This document shows positions 56,727 through 64,000 of a stretch of DNA of 64,000 bases, piece by piece. The notes below the pieces were generated by a model that worked only from the letters and a program-made list of their open reading frames with translations, had not been told where the DNA came from and did no database searches. The stretch spans positions 9,092-73,091 of the forward strand of contig CAZCUC010000002.1 in the NCBI GenBank assembly GCA_964502225.1. Reading direction: 5' to 3'. A program made the position numbers and the translations under genes. Positions within the stretch are counted from its first letter, which is position 1. Each line of letters starts with the position of its first letter. The stretch is from an uncultured Pseudomonadales bacterium (GTDB taxonomy: Bacteria; Patescibacteriota; Microgenomatia; UBA1400; UBA12108).

Positions 56727-57791
56727 TTACTCCGCTAGTTTTTCCTGATCTTTTTCGACTTTTTTGATTTTGTCCCAAATAGCTTTTTCAAGCTTTTCCA
56801 TGAGCTCAGGCTTTTCTTCAAGAAGCGCCTTGGTAGCTTCCCTCCCCTGGGCGAGCATGGTGCCATCGTATTTGAAGAATGAGCCGGACTTTTCGATAAT
56901 GCCTTTGTCGACTGCAACGTCGAGGATACCACCAGAGCGAGAAATGCCACTTTCGGTCATATCAAACTCGGCCACCTTGAAGGGGGGCGAGACTTTGTTT
57001 TTGACAATTTTGGCCCGATGATGAGAGCCAATGATGACATCACCCTCGGTAATGTTGCCGATTTTGCGCATGTCGATACGAACCGAGGAATAAAATTTGA
57101 GTGCCTGGCCACCGGCAGTTGTTTCTGGGTTGCCAAACATGACCCCGATCTTCATGCGGAGCTGATTGGTAAAGATCATGACGGTATTGCTCTTGCTGAT
57201 CGCACCAGTTAGTTTGCGCAGTGCTTGAGACATGAGGCGGGCTTGCATACCCATCACGGCGTCACCCATCTCTCCCTCGATTTCGGCTTTGGGAACCAAG
57301 GCGGCGACAGAGTCGACCACAATGACATCGACAGCACCGGAGCGGATCAAGGTCTCGGCGATCTCTAAGGCCTGCTCACCGGTATCTGGCTGAGAAATAA
57401 GGAGCTCGTCGAGATTGACGCCCACGGCACGAGCACGAGCAGGATCGAGTGCATGCTCGGCATCGATAAAGGCGGCAGTACCACCAGCTTTTTGAGCCTG
57501 GGCGATGACATGGAGACAGACAGTGGTTTTGCCACTGGCTTCTGGGCCGTAGATCTCGGTGATGCGACCGCGGGGGAACCCGCCGATACCTAGTGCGAGA
57601 TCGAGAGCCATGGCCGAGGTGGGGATAGAGGCGATGTCCATATGGTGAGAGGTGCCGAGCTTCATGATGGAGCCAGTACCAAACTGCTTGTCGATCTGCT
57701 CCATGGCCACTTTAATTGCCTGAAGTTTCTCTGATTGTAGTGCGCTCTTTGGTGCTACAGTTTTATCTGCTTTGTCGCTATTTTTTGCCAT
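56727..57791 (-). CDS. recA: Recombinase RecA
   Basis: Walker [10 protein letters not shown] and the [31 protein letters not shown] core. Confidence 0.95.
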   Translation of the reverse strand: MAKNSDKADKTVAPKSALQSEKLQAIKVAMEQIDKQFGTGSIMKLGTSHHMDIASIPTSAMALDLALGIGGFPRGRITEIYGPEASGKTTVCLHVIAQAQKAGGTAAFIDAEHALDPARARAVGVNLDELLISQPDTGEQALEIAETLIRSGAVDVIVVDSVAALVPKAEIEGEMGDAVMGMQARLMSQALRKLTGAISKSNTVMIFTNQLRMKIGVMFGNPETTAGGQALKFYSSVRIDMRKIGNITEGDVIIGSHHRAKIVKNKVSPPFKVAEFDMTESGISRSGGILDVAVDKGIIEKSGSFFKYDGTMLAQGREATKALLEEKPELMEKLEKAIWDKIKKVEKDQEKLAE

Positions 57792-57914
57792 ATATTCCTT
57801 TCTTTAAATAATTATTTATTACGGTTAATTAATCTCAGTATATCCTACTATCGGACTAGTTTGCATTTTTGTTATATTTTGTTATACTCTCCTTATCACG
57901 ATGACTGGACTAGC

Positions 57915-58451
57915 CTAAGGTTTCGACCGACCGCGAATGCCAGTCTTTTGATATTCAAGTGCTTTTCTCAGTAAATCAATCCTTACGATATAGCTATCCT
58001 TATTAAATCTCCTGAGTAAACTGGAGTAGTGATTTGTGGGTGCTAATACTTTTAATAACTTCTTATTTGCTTCGAGATATTCTACTAAACAGAAAAAATC
58101 GCCATCTCCTGAGACAATGATCGCCTTGTCGTAGTGCTTGTACTCGATCATGGTGTGTAATACCAGTTCGGCATCGACATTCCCTTTTACAATGACTTTA
58201 TCACCCTCTTTGTGTTCAAGAGTTGGTTTGAAAATGCAAATATATCCTGCTTTCTTAAGTGAAGCGTAGAGTGGTTCGTTGCCTTGGATAAGACCGATAA
58301 ACAAGTAAGCTTTAGACACATGATATTTGTCGGTTAAGTAGCGGCGAAACTTGGCGAAATCTAGCGTCCAACCCTGAGACTTGACACCTAGGTTAAGGTT
58401 TTGACTATCAATAAAGGCGTAAACTATTTTTTCTTTCGTTTTCTTTTCCAT
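57915..58451 (-). CDS. NYN/LabA-like PIN-fold domain protein
   Basis: IVYAFIDSQNLNLG...AIIVSGDGDF, conserved NYN acidic residues. Confidence 0.65.
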   Translation of the reverse strand: MEKKTKEKIVYAFIDSQNLNLGVKSQGWTLDFAKFRRYLTDKYHVSKAYLFIGLIQGNEPLYASLKKAGYICIFKPTLEHKEGDKVIVKGNVDAELVLHTMIEYKHYDKAIIVSGDGDFFCLVEYLEANKKLLKVLAPTNHYSSLLRRFNKDSYIVRIDLLRKALEYQKTGIRGRSKP

Positions 58452-58526
58452 GCTTCCAATTTATCCCAAACACTACCCGAATGTCAACGGGATCAAAATA
58501 TCACGTCACTTATTAATTTGTGTAAT

Positions 58527-59087
58527 TTATGTCAATAATTCAGGAAGTCCAATTCTGGATAAGTATCCTGAGAATCTTTGAGATAGTTCCTCACGGAACA
58601 ATTCACTTAAACTTGCCAAGTAAATTTCCTTCTTTCTATCGTATAGAAATTTTCTAGGTAATGTAAAAAAGTGCTTAAAATCTAATATTAATTCTGGAAT
58701 TAAGTAGTCTTCATGCTTACTTAAATAATGATATCTTTTATACTCATCATTTTTTCTTAGTTTCTCTAACTCCCGGTTACTAAAAACTCTCATTGGCCAA
58801 TCATCGATTTGTTTGCCTAGTGCAAATTGTTCTATGTGATATGCGGGACATACCAGCATTGATCTTAAATACTTGTCATTATTACTTTCCTTGCCGCGAC
58901 TATTGTAATCTTGTTCTATATCACAGTCTTGACTAAGTATTACTGCATATTCTAAAGAAACATGATCCTTTTCTGTATCTAATCCAGCATCACCCACAAC
59001 GAAATCGAGGTCTTTCAGTATGTCTCCTTGATATAGTCTTGAATTAGGACTTTTCCTATACTTCTTTTTAATCTTGCTTTTGAGCAT
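58527..59087 (-). CDS. Hypothetical protein C (186 aa) of the low-GC island
   Basis: ORF in about 31% GC DNA with basic termini and a central acidic D/E cluster (LSQDCDIEQD). Nothing recognised. Confidence 0.4.
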   Translation of the reverse strand: MLKSKIKKKYRKSPNSRLYQGDILKDLDFVVGDAGLDTEKDHVSLEYAVILSQDCDIEQDYNSRGKESNNDKYLRSMLVCPAYHIEQFALGKQIDDWPMRVFSNRELEKLRKNDEYKRYHYLSKHEDYLIPELILDFKHFFTLPRKFLYDRKKEIYLASLSELFREELSQRFSGYLSRIGLPELLT

Positions 59088-59259
59088 AGTTAATTGTACC
59101 GAAAGATGTTCTTTTTACAGTGTAGCTTTGATTATCACGGGAAAGAACTGCGTCTGTTTCGTCAGGATAACCATTTTCAGTTGTTTGAGGTGTCCCTGAG
59201 AAATCCTGATAATCCGTAGAATCGGCATGATTTGGTTGATATATATTTAATCCATCCAT
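59068..59259 (-). CDS. Small acidic low-complexity protein B (63 aa) of the low-GC island
   Basis: Short ORF between genes A and C on the same strand. Overlaps C by 20 nt. Coding status uncertain. Confidence 0.25.
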   Translation of the reverse strand: MDGLNIYQPNHADSTDYQDFSGTPQTTENGYPDETDAVLSRDNQSYTVKRTSFGTINYAQKQD

Positions 59260-59262
59260 ATA

Positions 59263-60015
59263 CTATTTATTCATCAGACTTCTTAAGCCATCTTTTATGG
59301 ATAATTCGAACAAACTTAGTATTTTAGAATGATAATTTTCAAGAACATCATTCAAGTATAAACCTTCAACATCTAATGGAAATTTTGAGTAAACGTTGTA
59401 ATCTAGGATAAAAAATTTATCAACTATTTCGCTTGGAAATTTTGGATTCCAAAGGCCGTAATTCAAGCGAATATCTCCAACTTCATCCTTAATTACTATT
59501 AATCCCATTAATCTAGCAAGTGATTTACTATTCTCTATAGCAAAACTGATTGGTCCCAACATTTTTTCGTTAATGTATTTATTCCAATTTAAAGGATCTT
59601 CTTCCTCTATTTTAATTTCATTAATAAAGCGGAGTCTTAGTTTCGTTACTGTATTAATTTTAAATTTTTTTACAAAATCTTCAACAATTGGAATACTCTC
59701 AATAACCTGCTTAAATCCAACGTATTCCGAATACTCAATCGTCAAGGAAACGGGTGAAAAGTTAATTTTAGTTCTTCGTGACTTATCGTAGATATTCCAC
59801 GCTGAAATTGCATGTGCAACCTGTTTAACTTCTTTGGTTTTGAAGTTAAAGTTTATCAATCCTTCTGCACCTGAAACTTCTTCAATTATGGGAAATTCTT
59901 TTTCGTATTTGGTATGAAAAGCCTTTAGTTTTCCCAACTCAACTTTATCAAAATCTATACCCAAAACGACTTTTTTTAGAAAGTTTCGTTTATACGTCAT
60001 AATTATCTCCGTCAA
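59263..60015 (-). CDS. Hypothetical protein A (250 aa) of the low-GC island
   Basis: Long ORF in low-GC DNA. Possible resemblance to uncharacterised conserved families (a TIGR04255-type impression only). No motif. Confidence 0.4.
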   Translation of the reverse strand: MTEIIMTYKRNFLKKVVLGIDFDKVELGKLKAFHTKYEKEFPIIEEVSGAEGLINFNFKTKEVKQVAHAISAWNIYDKSRRTKINFSPVSLTIEYSEYVGFKQVIESIPIVEDFVKKFKINTVTKLRLRFINEIKIEEEDPLNWNKYINEKMLGPISFAIENSKSLARLMGLIVIKDEVGDIRLNYGLWNPKFPSEIVDKFFILDYNVYSKFPLDVEGLYLNDVLENYHSKILSLFELSIKDGLRSLMNK

Positions 60016-60168
60016 CTACGAATTGTATCACATCTAAATAACGAGGGTTTCAATAAGATTCCCATGATTGCAGATAACAAAAACAGGATAGGTTTAGCGC
60101 TTGGGTGATTGCTTGGTGCGGCGAGTCATCCTACGCTAAAGCTACGGACTGACTGCGAACAAGAAAGA

Positions 60169-60630
60169 TTAACGTTTCGGTGATTGTTTCGTTCTTCTGG
60201 CCTTGCCACCGGTGCCGATCATGCGGCGCTGACGGGTGCGAGAGTCGCGAGTCAAGAGACCAGCGGATTTGAGAATACTGCGGAAAGCTTCTTTGTCGAG
60301 CGCTGATAGAGATCTGGCAATACCGTGGACAGTGGCATCGAGCTGACCCATTTTGCCGGATCCAGCCACTACGACTGAAGCGGACATTTTGGTTAGAGTT
60401 TCTGTGATGATAAAAGGTTTGCGATAAGCGGCTTTGGCAGTTTCCCCTGGGAAATACTGCTCTGCTGGCTTGCCATTGACGATCATTTGGATACCATCAA
60501 AACCAGGAACACTAGCAGATTTGTACAGTCGAACGCGAGCGTTGGCGGTTTTCCTGCGACCAACAGCGTAGGTGTAATTAGCTTTACTAGTGGTTTTACT
60601 GGTGGTTTTTTTGACGGTTTCTTTAGCCAT
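60169..60630 (-). CDS. rpsI: 30S ribosomal protein S9
   Basis: YAVGRRKTANARVRL...GGKARRTKQSPKR C-terminus. Confidence 0.9.
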   Translation of the reverse strand: MAKETVKKTTSKTTSKANYTYAVGRRKTANARVRLYKSASVPGFDGIQMIVNGKPAEQYFPGETAKAAYRKPFIITETLTKMSASVVVAGSGKMGQLDATVHGIARSLSALDKEAFRSILKSAGLLTRDSRTRQRRMIGTGGKARRTKQSPKR

Positions 60631-60633
60631 AGG

Positions 60634-61062
60634 TTAATCCTCTTTTTTAAATTGAGCAGTATGTGGATGGACATCTGACTTGTATACTTTTAAGCGAGAC
60701 ATACGTGGATCCTGGAGCTTGTTCTTGGCAAGCATACCGTTTACGGCGTGCTCAATGACTTTGCGTGGATCACGATCCATGAGACGACCGGCAGATTCTT
60801 GACGGAATCCCCCAGGCTGACCTGAGTGGCGAGAGTATTGTTTGGCGAGCAATTTGTTGCCGGTCAATTTGATATCTTTGGCATTGATCACGACGACAAA
60901 ATCACCCATATCCATATGGGGAGTGTAGTCGACTTTGCCTTTACCAGTTAAGAGAGTAGCAATTTTGGTGGACAAACGACCTAAAGTTTGACCCTGGCAA
61001 TCGATCAAGTGCCAAACTCTTTTGATATCGGCTGTTTTTACCATGGATGTTTGTTTTTTCAT
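60634..61062 (-). CDS. rplM: 50S ribosomal protein L13
   Basis: WHLIDCQGQTLGRLSTKIATLLTGK. Confidence 0.9.
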   Translation of the reverse strand: MKKQTSMVKTADIKRVWHLIDCQGQTLGRLSTKIATLLTGKGKVDYTPHMDMGDFVVVINAKDIKLTGNKLLAKQYSRHSGQPGGFRQESAGRLMDRDPRKVIEHAVNGMLAKNKLQDPRMSRLKVYKSDVHPHTAQFKKED

Positions 61063-61574
61063 TATTTGTCGCCTCTCTTACCAGTGCGTTTAACTAATTT
61101 GGGAGCGGCTTTGGTTGCTTTAACTACTTCGGGTACTACGGCGGCTACCTTCGTTGCCTTGGGAGCTGATTTAGCCTTATTGGGCTCGTTAGCCGAATTT
61201 GATTTGGGAGTGACGACCGATTTTTTGGTGAGGGACAGACGCACGAGAGGAGCGTTGTCCCCTTTGCGGTTGCCGATCAAAGTCAGATTGGTGTAGCCAC
61301 CGCGAACCTCTTTGTAGAGAGGAGCGATCTTCTCGAAGAGCTTTTTGACCAATTTGCCTTCCTGAACATAAGCCTGCACCATACGACGATTCTGAATAGA
61401 ATCAACTTTGGCACGTGTGATAAGCTTTTCGAAAATGGGGGTAACAGCTTTGGCTTTGATTTTGGTGGTGACAATAGCCTCGTGCTCGATCATCGAGTAG
61501 ACAAGGTTTTTCATCAAAGCCAATCTAGCTTGTGAATCACGACTTAGTTTGTAACCACTAATGTGTTTTTTCAT
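61062..61574 (-). CDS. rplQ: 50S ribosomal protein L17 with Lys/Ala-rich C-terminal extension
   Basis: LSRDSQARLALMKNLVYSMIEHEAIVTTKIKAK core, plus about 50 aa of tail (KAKSAPKATKVAAVVPEVVKATKAAPK). Confidence 0.88.
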   Translation of the reverse strand: MKKHISGYKLSRDSQARLALMKNLVYSMIEHEAIVTTKIKAKAVTPIFEKLITRAKVDSIQNRRMVQAYVQEGKLVKKLFEKIAPLYKEVRGGYTNLTLIGNRKGDNAPLVRLSLTKKSVVTPKSNSANEPNKAKSAPKATKVAAVVPEVVKATKAAPKLVKRTGKRGDK

Positions 61575-61591
61575 ATATTTACGTTAATCCG

Positions 61592-62491
61592 TTATTTGGT
61601 GCGGGTAAGCCCTTTCGAAGATAAAGCTTCGTCAATTAACCCGAGCGATTTACCGCCGAGGTTTTTGACAGTTTTTAAGTCTTTGTCAGTGGCGGTAGCA
61701 AGTTCGGCGGCTGTTTTGTAACCAGCGGCTTTTAAGGCATTGGTCACACGAGTAGGTAGACCAAGATCGTCGGTCATAACGCTACTGGCAGAAGAAGGAA
61801 CAACACTGACATCTTCGGCTACAGCGGGATCGACAATTTGGTTAAAGGTAGCAACCAAGATACTAGCCGCTTCTTTGAGGACTACTGAAGGTAGACGTGA
61901 ACCATCGGTATAGATCTCCATGACAACTTTGTCAAAATCTGTGCGACGGCCGACACGAGTAGATTCTACTTTGTAGGCAACACGCTCGACGGGAGAATAG
62001 ATGGCATCGATCGACATTTGACCGATAGCTGAAGCTGGGCGTTCGTCGGCAGGAGAGTAACCATAACCAGTCCCGATTGTGAGTTCGAGATCTAGTTTGC
62101 CATCTTTACTGAGAGAGGCAATGACTGCGTCACCGTTGACGATTTTGACCGTAGCGGGGGCGACAATGTCTTTGGCGGTTACAGTGCAGGGACCTTTGGC
62201 ACTGAGTTTTGCGACAACTGTCTCGTCGCCTTCGTAGGCAACCTTGACTGATTTGAGGTTCAAAATCAAGTCAATCATATCTTCACTGAGTCCAGCTAAA
62301 GTGGAGAACTTGTGGTTGACACCGGCAACTTTGACTTCTGTAATTGCGGCACCACGGAAACTGGAAAGTAAAACACGGCGGAGTGAGTTGCCGAGAGTGT
62401 GACCGAAGCCAGTAACTAGTGGTTCAATAGAAAAAACACCATAATTTGGTTTTTCTTCGATGACTTTGACGGAAAAATTCATAGATTGCAT
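61592..62491 (-). CDS. rpoA: DNA-directed RNA polymerase subunit alpha
   Basis: GFGHTLGNSLRRVLLSS NTD motif and alpha-CTD present. Confidence 0.9.
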   Translation of the reverse strand: MQSMNFSVKVIEEKPNYGVFSIEPLVTGFGHTLGNSLRRVLLSSFRGAAITEVKVAGVNHKFSTLAGLSEDMIDLILNLKSVKVAYEGDETVVAKLSAKGPCTVTAKDIVAPATVKIVNGDAVIASLSKDGKLDLELTIGTGYGYSPADERPASAIGQMSIDAIYSPVERVAYKVESTRVGRRTDFDKVVMEIYTDGSRLPSVVLKEAASILVATFNQIVDPAVAEDVSVVPSSASSVMTDDLGLPTRVTNALKAAGYKTAAELATATDKDLKTVKNLGGKSLGLIDEALSSKGLTRTK

Positions 62492-62514
62492 GATAACCCC
62501 CTTTATATAGCTTA

Positions 62515-63126
62515 TTAACGGGAATAAAACTCCACAATTAATTGTTCGTTAATAGCCTCAATAATGTCGCTTCTTATAGGTAAGCGAGTAACCTTGCCGA
62601 GTGCGGCTTTTCTGTCTAACCAAGCGGCCGATTCTTTCTCTTTGTCGGCGAGAAGTACTTTGATATAAGGTATTTCGGTGGCGGTCTTGGAGAGAGAGAT
62701 GACGTCGTTTAGCTTAACTTTGTAGGAAGGAATATTGAGTTTTTTGCCGTTGACCATAACGTTGCCATGGCTAACCAACTGACGTGCTGAGGAGCGAGTA
62801 GGCGCAAATCCGAGTCGATAAACACAGTTGTCCAGGCGGCGCTCTAGGAGTGAAAGCATAACCTCACCAGTAGCAAGGGGATTTTTGGAGGCTTCGACAT
62901 AGTATTTTTTGAACTGGCGCTCAAGAATGCCGTAAATGTTTTTGGCTTTTTGCTTTTCGGCCAATTGGACGCCGTAATCGGAGACTTTGCGGTTACCACC
63001 TTTGCGACCGTGAGCTCCTGGGGGAGTACCAATGCGACGCTCGAGTTTGACACCACTAGTTTTGAGCCCTAGATCTACTCCGAGTCTACGAGCTTTTTTA
63101 TTTTTTGGACCAGTATAGCGAGCCAT
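62515..63126 (-). CDS. rpsD: 30S ribosomal protein S4
   Basis: MARYTGPKNKKARRLG N-terminus and S4 domain. Confidence 0.92.
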   Translation of the reverse strand: MARYTGPKNKKARRLGVDLGLKTSGVKLERRIGTPPGAHGRKGGNRKVSDYGVQLAEKQKAKNIYGILERQFKKYYVEASKNPLATGEVMLSLLERRLDNCVYRLGFAPTRSSARQLVSHGNVMVNGKKLNIPSYKVKLNDVISLSKTATEIPYIKVLLADKEKESAAWLDRKAALGKVTRLPIRSDIIEAINEQLIVEFYSR

Positions 63127-63177
63127 ATTTTTTTAGATTCCAGATTCTAGATTTTAGATTCTAGTTATAAATAATGT

Positions 63178-63549
63178 TTAGCCGTGGCGTGGCTTTTTGG
63201 CACGGGTGCCGTTGTGTGGAATAGGAGTAACATCTTGCATTTCGGTGACTTTGATCCCGATCGTACGCAGGACACGGAGAGCGGCATCGCGACCTGGACC
63301 TGGACCTTTAATAAAGACAGTAGCGGCGCGCAAACCCATACCTTTGGCGGCATCTACTGCGGCCGTGATAGCCTGGGTAGCGGCGTAAGGAGTAGACTTG
63401 CGTGAACCTTTGAAACCTACCTTGCCGGTAGAACTCCAGTTGAGGACGTTGCCTGTCGAGTCAGTTACGGTAACAACAGTGTTGTTGAAAGTAGCTAAGA
63501 TATAGATGCGACCGTCGGTAATGGTCTTGGTGTTACGGGAAATAGCCAT
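63178..63549 (-). CDS. rpsK: 30S ribosomal protein S11
   Basis: ATFNNTVVTVTDSTGN...STPYAAT. Confidence 0.92.
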   Translation of the reverse strand: MAISRNTKTITDGRIYILATFNNTVVTVTDSTGNVLNWSSTGKVGFKGSRKSTPYAATQAITAAVDAAKGMGLRAATVFIKGPGPGRDAALRVLRTIGIKVTEMQDVTPIPHNGTRAKKPRHG

Positions 63550-63550
63550 A

Positions 63551-63946
63551 TTATTTAGCTCCTCCTACTTTAGCGGCATCTTCTTTTTTCATGGCTCCGA
63601 TAGTCTTGCGCTTACCACGTAGAGTACGAGCGTTGGTTCTAGTGCGTTGACCGCGAACTGGGAGACCGACAGAGTGACGCGATCCACGATAACTACTGAT
63701 TCGCTTGAGACGCTGGATGTTTTCACGGATTTCTTTGCGGAGGTCACCTTCGACTTTGAATGATTCGAGTGCTTTCTGGAGTTTGGCAACCTGATCGGCT
63801 GTAAGATTTTTGGCGCGGATGTTGCCGTCAATTTTGCAGGTAGTGAGGAGGGTTTGAGAGATTTTTGGGCCAATACCATAAACGTAGGTCAAGGCGACCT
63901 CAATACGCTTGTTTTCTGGTAGGTCAATTCCGACTAGACGTAGCAT
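63551..63946 (-). CDS. rpsM: 30S ribosomal protein S13
   Basis: MLRLVGIDLPENKRIEVALTYVYGIG. Confidence 0.92.
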   Translation of the reverse strand: MLRLVGIDLPENKRIEVALTYVYGIGPKISQTLLTTCKIDGNIRAKNLTADQVAKLQKALESFKVEGDLRKEIRENIQRLKRISSYRGSRHSVGLPVRGQRTRTNARTLRGKRKTIGAMKKEDAAKVGGAK

Positions 63947-64000
63947 AATTTATCCTTGACGTTGTTTGTGGCGAGGATTCTCGCAAACTATAAATAAAAC

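Noticed and set aside
59730-59760. Another copy of the ATTCCG palindrome (gtattccgaatac)
   Set aside because: Only a short imperfect match inside a coding region, so likely chance.
60016-60168. Possible ncRNA or terminator downstream of rpsI
   Set aside because: Only weak, interrupted stems (TAGCG...CGCTA with a 34-nt loop). No tRNA-like fold and no convincing hairpin plus U-tract.
1-64000. CRISPR arrays, transposases or integrases
   Set aside because: No regularly spaced direct repeats of 25-40 bp, and no DDE/tyrosine-recombinase motifs, in any frame I examined.

Overview
This 64 kb window reads as ordinary bacterial chromosome at about 50% GC, with genes packed tightly and mostly on the minus strand. 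The compact RNase P RNA, a ProRS lacking the editing insertion, an archaeal-type Asp/AsnRS and thin metabolism fit a reduced-genome lineage such as CPR/Patescibacteria, but I cannot confirm that without a database. Main features: (1) a Zur module, zupT-zur, with a 7-1-7 Fur-family box; (2) a copper-homeostasis operon (ArsR-TRASH regulator, CopA P-type ATPase, a dual-Cys permease fused to a cupredoxin-like domain, CopZ) with an embedded nucleoside-2-deoxyribosyltransferase-like gene; (3) housekeeping genes: NRAMP, Hpt, ALDH, GDSL esterase, ProRS/GluRS/AspRS, RecJ, CCA-adding enzyme, SecDF, UppP, MiaA, two ABC exporter sets, HU, RNase Y, RecX/RdgB/RecA, and the rpsM-rpsK-rpsD-rpoA-rplQ / rplM-rpsI ribosomal cluster; (4) RNA genes missed by the ORF track: tRNA-Gln(CUG) at 22662..22732, a compact RNase P RNA at about 38955..39230, and a T-box riboswitch leader with terminator/antiterminator at about 26780..26946 upstream of csaA-proS. 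Most unusual: a low-GC (about 30-33%) three-gene island of unknown function between an NYN-domain gene and rpsI; three copies of a 26-bp palindrome placed 7-8 nt upstream of three consecutive minus-strand starts, flanking a TrpR/YerC-like HTH gene; a wHTH-nucleotidyltransferase fusion translationally coupled to a 61-aa AbrB/SpoVT protein just upstream of secDF; and an accessory-looking stretch next to tRNA-Gln carrying an ANT(2'')/Lnu-like nucleotidyltransferase and a Bro-N/DinD-like protein. I found no CRISPR array or clear transposase. All calls rest on motifs recalled from memory; no searches were run.
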